Assembly (NCBI GenBank): GCA_964551375.1
Contig: CAZKBG010000001.1
Coordinates: 180,001 to 212,000, forward strand
DNA length: 32,000 bases
Reading direction: 5' to 3'
Origin: an uncultured archaeon
Lineage (GTDB): Archaea > Iainarchaeota > Iainarchaeia > Iainarchaeales > JAAZKV01
In this document: positions 23,001-29,961 of the stretch, one piece after another
Position numbering within the stretch: position 1 is the first letter of the stretch
Layout: each line of letters starts with the position of its first letter
Notes under the pieces: generated by a model
Databases searched by the model: none
What the model saw: the letters and a program-made list of their open reading frames with translations, nothing else
Told to the model about the DNA's origin: nothing
Position numbers and translations under genes: made by a program

Positions 23001-25327
23001 TGGACACTCTCCAGCCCGCAATTGACGCAGCTTACTGGCTAAGCGATAAAGAAGCATCATCCTCTTCAGCATCAGAATATCCATCAGGCTCAATGACTTT
23101 TAACGGAATAACAATTGACAATAAAATAATGCTTGGATTATTCGGAACAGCAGTAAGCTCCGGATTTATACAAGGAGCTTATGATGGAACAGTTTACACA
23201 ACATATTATGACACAAACGAGCCTGAAGTTGTTGATGAAGAAGTTCCTGTTGATGAAGTTGACCCATTCGCTGAAGAGCCGGTTGTTGATGATACATTTG
23301 ATGATGAATGGGTTGACACTCCTGAAGAAGAAGTGTTTGAATGCTCTGAAGCCCCAGCAAGCGAAATGCTTGAAGACTGCGATAACCAAGTAGGGTTATT
23401 ACTGCCTGATTTTAAAGTAAACTTACTAAATGCAACATCAAATGTAACAGTATCAAATCCAGCGGTTCGGGCTGAAATTACTACAACCGATGCAAAAGTA
23501 TTCGGGGTGTTTGATTCGCAGGAAGTAGGAGTAGCATTCACAAATAGTGGATTAAGCCAGAACACTTACGCAACAGTAACACTAAACGCACAGGAAGCAA
23601 TCCATGACGACCCAGTGGTTGTAGATGCAGCATTTGGGCCATTTAATGTTCCTGACGCATCAACTCAAGCTGTGTCTTATAAATATCATTTCAAATTCAA
23701 CGCAGCTCCAAGAAAAGCTGCAATATTTGCTCCAAAAGTAAGTGACTGCCAAAGCGGAATACTAAGAGGAACAAATACCGAGAGCGGACTTGCTAAAAAT
23801 GTTCTAACATGGAACTGGGCTGATGTAGCGCTTCTTGACAATTCAACTGACACGCTTGGAGACAAATACTTTGATGCAACACAGTTATCAATTTTAATTA
23901 ACGCAAGGCTTCAGAGATTGAATAATTTATTATCAACAAATACATTCAGATGCCCAAGCAACCCAGCAAGAGCAGAACTTACTTCAGTAATTCCTAGTTT
24001 TACTGGAGAAGAGCTTGAAGAAGCGGGACAAACTGGATTAACACTTGGAACACCAGCTTGCTACTTGCCTTACACTACAAGAGAGTTTGACGGCAAGCCA
24101 TCGCTATATTATTTCCTTCTTTCAAACCCAACTGTTGCAAATAATTTGGTAAATTTGGTTGACTTTAAAGCAAACCTTTCAAGAGACGGATACGGAACAG
24201 CATTCCAAAACGAATTCACTAACTTTTACAGAACACAAACAGTTGCATCAAACCCAAGCTTCCTTGACGCGCAGACAGGAACAAGCAAATACTTCTCAAA
24301 CAACACGCTTGCTTACTTCTCTTCTGAAGGAGCAAAATACGCTAAGAGCAGCACATTTGTTCTCCCTGATGCTGGAGAATACAGAGTCAGAATGAAAATA
24401 AATTTCAACAGCCAGCCGGCATTATTCACAAGCGGAAACCCTGCGTCAAAAATTACATTTGATTTATACTCAACCAATCCGATTTACTCAAATTACAGCC
24501 CGTTCTATTACACTCCTCTTGACGGACAAGTAGGATTACTAACAGGACAAACAGCGGAAGGGTACAGAGCAAAATTATCAGACGCAAAATCAATTGTTGT
24601 TAACTCTGCACAGGGGGCAATACTAAATAATATCCCATCACAAGCGCTTGTATCAATTTCCCCAATTGTTGCAGAACAACTGGACCAGTTGAATACAAAT
24701 GTGTTGTTAAGAGGAAAAATATTCTCGCTTTCAAACGCAACCCTAACTTCAGGAACTGCGCTTTTGCTTTCTCCAAATTTGTATTACGCTCAGTCAATGG
24801 CAACTCCAATAATACTTGGAACTCCAAAAACAGCGACTCCTCACAGCGCAAGATATATCATAAAAAATGACATCACAACGCTTGCTTACCCTTCATCTGA
24901 TTTCACAGTATTTAGAGCGCTAAATGACACCGACTCGACAAGAACTTCACTTGCAACCTTATCAAAAATACCAGATAAGAAATTAATTTCAAATATTTAC
25001 TCAATTGACCTTCCAACAACTAACGAACCAAATGAATGGAAACTTGGAACAGTAATTTACACTTTATCAGGAAGACCATACTATGTGTCAGGAATGAATC
25101 AGACAAAAGTTTATTCCCCAGGAAACAGACTTGGAACTGACCCTCTTGTTTCGCTATACGGAGTTCCGGGAATGAGATACAATGACGCAACAACAACACA
25201 GCTAAATTCGCTTTCACTAATTTATGATGCAGTAAAACAGGGAAGCGCATGCATCTCAAGAAACGCAGGCGAAGATATCATCTACTGGCCAGAAGATAAA
25301 ATACTTGCAACACTTCCATTAAACTAA
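20096..25327 (+). CDS. Giant (1743 aa) N-terminally anchored cell-surface protein
   Basis: Single uninterrupted ORF. aa 1-32: acidic cytoplasmic tail. aa 33-53: TM helix (LPVILVIVIAALIVYIIISSI). aa 60-515: beta-rich with paired Cys and (I/V)DPxxG repeats. aa 516-985: Ala/Asp/Glu/Lys/Gln-rich helical region. aa 1014-1031: Gly-rich hydrophobic segment. aa 1040-1098: very acidic linker. aa 1100-1743: Asn/Ser/Thr-rich beta domain. I counted about 17 N-x-S/T sequons by hand. No family recognised. Confidence 0.85.
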   Translation: MDLFGSSEGLNDSFDDAGDKFSGFVEGIKKNPLPVILVIVIAALIVYIIISSISAPKEPEEVSPVVINGSGVAGTITVLRNGEVVSQVDLNGDILELAPDANRNLNASISVAGRRNLIPRSVTLTSGNRRTVVTIDPARTVIDDEGNIHYHFDSNSGAGSGEIIVDPDTGTTTVVIDPNSGGMIQCDEGTVLENGSCVITADIDFTDSDTGDGIVITIPFIPVVGTVHIDAEVTQGCLTMSTGLVNELPSTGVVKSEIRLRKVCPGAVDVNASVEWMNERMGNVEVVLNNPSELLTPLPKKVAQFSSGDTITAKVNFVPFKEFEGKVANFRVNFSTGGQNSLVAFVIPIENLEQCIKVTPQQVIVAKGQNSANFEIDVSSCGQNSIDFVLCDGDNSCSGGVEGGIALSSRAFTLNSSTNPKRTVSVTRGIIPGAYGIPIKASVSGSKKIYLGEVLAIIERAGTETLYPDKYVISLLPNSKDSIRITNTNLIEEVNISTSVCSLYQNSLGRGGRSWWKQLSGNLKTLAGEGLYEEALSYELGTLDRVTEQMRAMSTQKNQLIKDAWVAFDRQKVKDKVCEAQSTAFDAFKDVNKLQYLVWEAGAVDHTCREQGLNLEDDACNEEEKIDYLASLVASKITDINKIVPEMKAELDDQKTQITNLSIQKCESAAGLSSKKTAAVTAITTAKTKLNEYANKVNAARTTMVDFNKKHDETDEFFDAFDANVQEVMDRIQLAQDLLSQADEKVNLAIADYDSALAAAAIDATYLASSDDASAAMYLEQAIIDLQDANALIYEAIDEEVAANDILKSFKPKIAEQYARITAMISLIDKLKEQMQEAKTIAQQIKTNIETAKSDINGIIAPAQKACDERDPSTDNDNNAETPENSGCCEIATNAQAIVDSMSTGFVEEQMTAIDEMIPKIDLLKTAVKLYETKTKAYGEQLPKTQATVQKAVDALKVMTDNNVFQPPMDTLQPAIDAAYWLSDKEASSSSASEYPSGSMTFNGITIDNKIMLGLFGTAVSSGFIQGAYDGTVYTTYYDTNEPEVVDEEVPVDEVDPFAEEPVVDDTFDDEWVDTPEEEVFECSEAPASEMLEDCDNQVGLLLPDFKVNLLNATSNVTVSNPAVRAEITTTDAKVFGVFDSQEVGVAFTNSGLSQNTYATVTLNAQEAIHDDPVVVDAAFGPFNVPDASTQAVSYKYHFKFNAAPRKAAIFAPKVSDCQSGILRGTNTESGLAKNVLTWNWADVALLDNSTDTLGDKYFDATQLSILINARLQRLNNLLSTNTFRCPSNPARAELTSVIPSFTGEELEEAGQTGLTLGTPACYLPYTTREFDGKPSLYYFLLSNPTVANNLVNLVDFKANLSRDGYGTAFQNEFTNFYRTQTVASNPSFLDAQTGTSKYFSNNTLAYFSSEGAKYAKSSTFVLPDAGEYRVRMKINFNSQPALFTSGNPASKITFDLYSTNPIYSNYSPFYYTPLDGQVGLLTGQTAEGYRAKLSDAKSIVVNSAQGAILNNIPSQALVSISPIVAEQLDQLNTNVLLRGKIFSLSNATLTSGTALLLSPNLYYAQSMATPIILGTPKTATPHSARYIIKNDITTLAYPSSDFTVFRALNDTDSTRTSLATLSKIPDKKLISNIYSIDLPTTNEPNEWKLGTVIYTLSGRPYYVSGMNQTKVYSPGNRLGTDPLVSLYGVPGMRYNDATTTQLNSLSLIYDAVKQGSACISRNAGEDIIYWPEDKILATLPLN

Positions 25328-25389
25328 AGGGATCAATTCTAATCCGTTAAACTAATTAGTTATCCAATACAAAAAATTATCCGCAAATG

Positions 25390-25411
25390 GACTTCATTAA
25401 GTTTTGAAGTC
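25390..25411. terminator. Hairpin between convergent genes (giant gene and Zn-ribbon gene)
   Basis: GACTTCA (25390-25396) pairs with TGAAGTC (25405-25411) across an 8-nt loop. Only a short T run (CTTT) follows on the plus strand. Confidence 0.3.
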
Positions 25412-25420
25412 TTTGAGGAG

Positions 25421-25675
25421 TTAGATTTTTGCTTTTGATGAAAAAGGATCATCATCGCCTGAAGGATTCATTTCAACAGAATCCTCAGAATAATCATCGT
25501 CATCATCAGTATTTACTCGCTCGCTTGGGGACTTTGCAGCAACTGATTCAAGAATATACTTAAGCTCCGACAAGCACTGCTCGCAAATATCCTTATTCCC
25601 AATAGTTCTCCCCTTGCAGCCGCCATCGCGCTGTTCTTCACCAACGAAAGTATCGCAAAACATACAGTTAGACAT
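25421..25675 (-). CDS. Small zinc-ribbon protein with acidic C-terminal tail
   Basis: The internal ATG at 25675 gives MSNCMFCDTF...DICEQCLSEL, i.e. CxxC...CxxC. The disordered tail follows: NTDDDDDYSEDSVEMNPSGDDDPF. Confidence 0.5.
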   Translation of the reverse strand: MSNCMFCDTFVGEEQRDGGCKGRTIGNKDICEQCLSELKYILESVAAKSPSERVNTDDDDDYSEDSVEMNPSGDDDPFSSKAKI

Positions 25676-25704
25676 TTTTACCACCAAATACTTAACCAAT
25701 TGAA

Positions 25705-25729
25705 TTTACCTATTAACTTTACCTATTAA
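25705..25729. repeat. Tandem direct repeat, 2 x 12 nt, in the promoter region of the Zn-ribbon gene
   Basis: TTTACCTATTAA-C-TTTACCTATTAA lies 30-54 nt upstream of the minus-strand ATG at 25675. Confidence 0.35.
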
Positions 25730-25893
25730 ATTGAAGCGGCAGATAAATAAAAACCTTCTCTTTTTTTGCAAAAATTAACCCTCAATTTTACTTAAAATCT
25801 AAATAAATCATGACTAACCCATATATTCAACAACAATTTGCCCTAAGCAACAATTAAAATCCCTAATTGAGTATATTGTAGCAAGGTGGATGA

Positions 25894-26349
25894 ATGGATT
25901 ACAATGCGGAACTTGATAAACTAATACAGAAGATTATGCCTGAAGATGTAATTATGCTTGAAAAAGAACTAAGAGGACTCCTTGAAAGAGAAGTTTATGA
26001 AAGAGGATTATACTTTATGGAACTAAGAAAATTTGACGGAGAAATTTTTGAAACAGTTAAATGGCTCTCTGAACAGGAATCCACCCACGCAAATGTATTA
26101 ATGCGCGTTCTTGCAAGAGGAAATATAATAGCAAAAGAGCCTCAATTTGAATTCAAACCCCTAAAAGCAAGCACTGTTGAAATAATAAAAATGAATGTTC
26201 AAGGCGAAAGAAAAGCAATTCAAGATTATACTCTTGCAATCAACAAAACCAAATCAACCGAACTTAAAAAAGTCCTTGACATGATAATGTCTGAAGAATT
26301 TGACCACATAAGAAGACTAAGCGCATTTACTATGAAAGATGAGTTGTAA
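25894..26349 (+). CDS. Ferritin-like di-iron four-helix-bundle protein
   Basis: Two E...ExxH pairs are present: EREVYERG...EQESTHANVL and QGERKAIQDY...SEEFDHIRRL. An AGGTGG Shine-Dalgarno lies upstream. Confidence 0.6.
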   Translation: MDYNAELDKLIQKIMPEDVIMLEKELRGLLEREVYERGLYFMELRKFDGEIFETVKWLSEQESTHANVLMRVLARGNIIAKEPQFEFKPLKASTVEIIKMNVQGERKAIQDYTLAINKTKSTELKKVLDMIMSEEFDHIRRLSAFTMKDEL

Positions 26350-26356
26350 AAATAAA

Positions 26357-26438
26357 TGCAGAGGAAGAGGATCGAACTCTCAAAGCCACTAAGGCCCAGG
26401 ACCTCAACCTGGTTGGTTTTCCAATTCCATACCCCTGC
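26357..26438 (-). tRNA. tRNA-Leu (anticodon GAG), class II, no encoded CCA
   Basis: Hand-folded from the reverse complement. Acceptor GCAGGGG/CCTCTGC (one G-U), discriminator A. Anticodon stem CCAGG/CCTGG, loop TTGAGGT with G37. Variable arm GCC-TTAGT-GGC. T arm GAGAG-TTCGATC-CTCTT. Confidence 0.85.
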
Positions 26439-26554
26439 ATAATATTTTGGCTTTGTTATTTATTTTACTTATTTTATTGCTTGCTTGATTAACTTTCTTT
26501 TGAATAGATTTAATTAGCTTTCCCTAAGCCCCAATTTTTACTTACTTAAGAAGA

Positions 26555-27262
26555 TTATTTCATTGGAACTTCAATCAATAGAACTTTGCTTTTTTCTTTT
26601 GCAGTGAATTTCGCCTCAAGAGTGTCTGAAATTTCAATTGAATCTCTTAAATCAATGTTTTCTTTTTCAAAAGATATTTTTCCGTCTATTACAAACGCAA
26701 ATAATCCGTTTCCTTTTGTAATTTTTCTTGAGAATGACTTGCCTTTTGAGAAATTTCCAAGCATTACAAAAGCATCTTGATGGATGTAAAGAGATTTTTT
26801 GCTTTTCTCGCCTGATGCAACTACTAAAAGCTTATTTTCAAGCGCGGAATTGCTAAATTTCTTGTTATCATACCTTGGCTGGATTCCTTTTTCTTTAGTA
26901 TTAATCCAAATCTGGAATAGTTTAACAAAATCTTCTTTTGAGTGGTTGAATTCAGAGTGATATACTCCGCTTCCAGCAGACATTACTTGAACTTCGCCCG
27001 GCTTAATCAAGCCGTGATTGCCTTCGCTGTCCTTGTGTTCAAGAACCCCTTCTATAACAATAGTAATTATTTCCATGTCTCTATGCTGATGCATATCAAA
27101 TCCTGAAGACGGAGCTACTATATCATCATTTAGAACTAAAAGTTTTCCAAACCCAGTTCTTTTTGGATTAAAATAATTGCTAAAGCTGAAGCTGTACTTA
27201 GTAGTAAGCCAATCGTAATCTCCCCCTCCGCGTTCATTTGCCCGATGAATTAATGTTTTCAT
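26555..27262 (-). CDS. Pirin-family bicupin protein
   Basis: HQHRDMEIITIVIEGVLEHKDSEGNHGLIKPGEVQVMSAGSGVYHSE closely follows the pirin N-terminal cupin metal-binding signature (H-x-H...E...H). Confidence 0.85.
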   Translation of the reverse strand: MKTLIHRANERGGGDYDWLTTKYSFSFSNYFNPKRTGFGKLLVLNDDIVAPSSGFDMHQHRDMEIITIVIEGVLEHKDSEGNHGLIKPGEVQVMSAGSGVYHSEFNHSKEDFVKLFQIWINTKEKGIQPRYDNKKFSNSALENKLLVVASGEKSKKSLYIHQDAFVMLGNFSKGKSFSRKITKGNGLFAFVIDGKISFEKENIDLRDSIEISDTLEAKFTAKEKSKVLLIEVPMK

Positions 27263-27300
27263 AAAATCAACTCCAACTCCAAAATGCTGTTATAAAATTA

Positions 27301-28497
27301 CTATTTTCTTACAACCCCTTCTTTAATTGCCTGCATTTTTACCGCTTCTGCCACTACTAACGCCACACTTTTATCAAGCGGGCTTGGCAAAACAGCATCC
27401 CTTGAAGGGTTTTTGATGCTTGATGCAAGCGCAAGCGCTGCCGCAAGCTTCATGCCAGGAGTAATCTTAGTTGCTTTTGCTTCAAGCGCTCCCTTAAATA
27501 TTCCTGGAAAAGCAAGCACGTTATTTATCTGGTTTGGAAAATCGCTTCTCCCAGTTCCAACAACACTAGCCCCCGCGCTAATTGCCACATCTGGCATTAT
27601 TTCAGGAGTAGGATTTGCAAGAGCAAAAATAACGGGATCTTTATTCATCAATTTAATATGCTCTTTATTCAATAAATTTCCCTTGCTTACTCCAATAAAT
27701 ACATCCGCGCCTTTAAGGGCATCATTTAGCGAGCCAGTCAAGTTGCTTCTATTAGTAAATTGCACAAGCTTCTTTTTGCTTTCATCAAGGTCGGTTCTGC
27801 TTTTAGAAATTATCCCCTTGCTGTCAACCATTATAATATCCTTAACTCCTTTGCATGAATTTTTATCAAACCCGTTGCAAGAAAGGAGTTTTGACACTGC
27901 AACTCCCGCAGAGCCTGCCCCGTTAATTACTACTTTAACCTGTTTAATATCTTTTCCAGTGACTTTTAGCGCGTTAGTAAGAGCCGCGTAAACAACAATC
28001 GCAGTGCCGTGCTGATCATCATGCATCACAGGAATTCCAATGTCCTGTAATTTTTCTTCTATTTCAAAGCATCTTGGAGCGGAAATATCTTCTAAGTTTA
28101 CTCCGCCAAATACAGGCGCAATTCGCTTAACTGTTTCAACTATTTCATCAACATTTTTAGTATCAAGCGCGATTGGAAATGCATTTACGCCCGCAAATTC
28201 TTTAAACAAAACAGCTTTTCCCTCCATCACAGGAAGAGAAGCCATAGGACCAATATCCCCCAAGCCAAGAACAGCAGTCCCGTCAGTAATAACCGCAACT
28301 GTGTTCGATTTAATTGTATATTCAAATACTTTTTCAGGATTTTTATTAATCTCAAGGCACGGCTCTGCAACGCCAGGAGTATAAGCAAGCGACAAGTCCT
28401 GCTTAGTATTAATTTTTACTTTTGATTCAACAGAAAGCTTTCCTCTCAGCTTTTTATGCAACTCAATTGCAGGACTACCCATATTATCACCCATCAA
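27301..28497 (-). CDS. NAD(P)-dependent malic enzyme (short form, about 400 aa)
   Basis: Motifs AYTPGVAEPC, VITDGTAVLGLGDIG, NLEDISAPRCFEIE, HDDQHGTAIV, INGAGSAGVA and LANPTPEI are present. The exact start among the N-terminal Met codons (MMGDNMG) is uncertain. Confidence 0.85.
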   Translation of the reverse strand: MMGDNMGSPAIELHKKLRGKLSVESKVKINTKQDLSLAYTPGVAEPCLEINKNPEKVFEYTIKSNTVAVITDGTAVLGLGDIGPMASLPVMEGKAVLFKEFAGVNAFPIALDTKNVDEIVETVKRIAPVFGGVNLEDISAPRCFEIEEKLQDIGIPVMHDDQHGTAIVVYAALTNALKVTGKDIKQVKVVINGAGSAGVAVSKLLSCNGFDKNSCKGVKDIIMVDSKGIISKSRTDLDESKKKLVQFTNRSNLTGSLNDALKGADVFIGVSKGNLLNKEHIKLMNKDPVIFALANPTPEIMPDVAISAGASVVGTGRSDFPNQINNVLAFPGIFKGALEAKATKITPGMKLAAALALASSIKNPSRDAVLPSPLDKSVALVVAEAVKMQAIKEGVVRK

Positions 28498-28592
28498 ACC
28501 CGATTCTTTTTCAGTACAGCAAATTAATTATCCGAGCTAAAAAAGTTTTTGGAAATTATATCTACTAAGTAAAGTCAAATGCATTTTATAAG

Positions 28593-28982
28593 TTATGCAT
28601 TGCCCGCGCCGGCTGCTGCAGCCCTTACTCCAGCCTCATTAAATATGTGCGAAATTTCGCTTGAAGCTGAATGATGCCAGTCGTCAATTATTCTCTGCAT
28701 TTTATCCTTAATTTCAGGCTTCTTTTTTATGCAGTAAAGAAAAACATATCCGCCGTTGTCAAGGTTATTCTGTCTTCTTTCAATAATTTCCCGCTCAAGA
28801 AGCTTCTTCAGCGACTTCTGGATTGTTGTTCTGTCAAGATCCAGAGTTTTACTCACAGTGCTTACTGTTTCGCACTTGTTGCTTTTTGAAAGGAACAAAA
28901 ACAAATCAAGCTCTGTTTTGTTCAGTCCGAATGTGCACTTAATCAAATCTTTTGAATCAATTCTTCTGCATCCAAAATCCAT
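28593..28982 (-). CDS. Winged-helix transcriptional regulator (TrmB/MarR-like)
   Basis: LNKTELDLFLFLSK...ETVSTVSKTLDLDRTTIQKSLKKLLEREIIERR is a wHTH recognition-helix-plus-wing pattern. It lies between trxB and the malic enzyme gene on the same strand. Confidence 0.6.
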   Translation of the reverse strand: MDFGCRRIDSKDLIKCTFGLNKTELDLFLFLSKSNKCETVSTVSKTLDLDRTTIQKSLKKLLEREIIERRQNNLDNGGYVFLYCIKKKPEIKDKMQRIIDDWHHSASSEISHIFNEAGVRAAAAGAGNA

Positions 28983-28987
28983 AATAT

Positions 28988-29905
28988 CTACCTCTCTTTT
29001 ACGCTTTCGCGTTTTATTTCTTCAAAAGCCGTGTTCGCCGCAATTGCTCCTTCAGCAGTTGCAACAACCGCCTGCTTAAAATTTTCCGAGTTCAAATCCC
29101 CGGCAGAAAAAACTCCGTGGATATTTGTTCTCATTTTTTTATCAACCACCACATATCCCCACTCATCAAGAGCAAGTCCTATGCCGTTAAGAAAATCCTT
29201 TTGAGGAGCCGAGCCAATCTCAATAAAAACTCCGTCAAGCATAATTTCTCTTTTTGTGTCAAGTTTCACTCCCGTAAGCCTATCATTACCCATGAATTCT
29301 ATTACATTTGAATTAAATACCTTTTCTATCTTGTTATTTTGGTTAACCAGCTCCAACCATACAGGCTCGGCTTTGGAAAACTCCCCTTTTCTATAAATTA
29401 TATATACTTTCTGGGCAATATCCGCAAGGTAAGATGCTGAAGATAATGCCGCATCGCTTCCCCCAATCACCCCAACAATTTTGTTTTTGAAAAAAGGGCC
29501 GTCGCATGTTGCGCAATAACTTACTCCTTTTCCCCTAAGTTCAAGCTCTCTTGCTAAACCCAAGTGCTTTCTTTTTGTTCCGATTGCAACAATAACTTTT
29601 TTCGCTTTAATTTCCTTTTCAGTCCCTTTTAAAATAAATCCCCCTTCAACTTTTTTTACCGAAGCGATTCTGTCAGGAACTATTTCAATCCCAAGCGAAT
29701 TTACCTGTTCGACCATTTTTTGCGAAAGGGCAAAACCTGTAATATTGCAGTACCCAGGAAAATTGCATACTTCATGCGCTTCAGTAATTGTCCCCCCGAA
29801 TATTTCACCAAACACCACTGTGCTTAATTTGTATCTTCCAGCATAGGTTGCAGCCATTAATCCCGCAGGTCCGGCGCCTATTACTGCAATATCGTATTCA
29901 TCCAT
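28988..29905 (-). CDS. trxB: Thioredoxin reductase (low-Mr TrxR family flavoprotein)
   Basis: The internal ATG at 29905 gives MDEYDIAVIGAGPAGLMAA (FAD GxGxxG). The redox-active CATCDG motif is present, and C-terminal GVFSAGD. The ORF-track N-terminal extension would overlap the thioredoxin gene. Confidence 0.85.
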   Translation of the reverse strand: MDEYDIAVIGAGPAGLMAATYAGRYKLSTVVFGEIFGGTITEAHEVCNFPGYCNITGFALSQKMVEQVNSLGIEIVPDRIASVKKVEGGFILKGTEKEIKAKKVIVAIGTKRKHLGLARELELRGKGVSYCATCDGPFFKNKIVGVIGGSDAALSSASYLADIAQKVYIIYRKGEFSKAEPVWLELVNQNNKIEKVFNSNVIEFMGNDRLTGVKLDTKREIMLDGVFIEIGSAPQKDFLNGIGLALDEWGYVVVDKKMRTNIHGVFSAGDLNSENFKQAVVATAEGAIAANTAFEEIKRESVKER

Positions 29906-29961
29906 TTTGCCCACCTTTTTTATTGTATTTTTGTGTTTATTGCCATAGCCAATTGTGTTAT

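Noticed and set aside
20233-23565. Several antisense ORFs inside the giant gene (e.g. 20776..21333, 185 aa; 22671..23093, 140 aa; 23206..23565, 119 aa)
   Set aside because: They lie entirely within, and opposite to, a 5.2-kb ORF with coherent protein-like composition. Their translations are low-complexity and Cys/Leu/Ser/Phe-biased, as expected for the reverse frames of a real gene.
18569-25404. Shared ATTAAGTT in the loops of the two convergent-gene hairpins (18560-18583 and 25390-25411)
   Set aside because: The same 8-mer also occurs at least twice around 13.55-13.60 kb in an unrelated context. It is likely just a frequent AT-rich word, not a specific motif.
27413-28384. 192-aa and 114-aa plus-strand ORFs overlapping the malic enzyme gene
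   Set aside because: They are antisense shadows of a gene with unambiguous malic-enzyme motifs. Their translations are Ser/Leu/Pro/Ala-rich with no motifs.
28756-29079. 107-aa plus-strand ORF spanning the regulator/trxB junction
   Set aside because: It is antisense to two well-supported genes and has a low-complexity translation (LLLQQLQQPPA).
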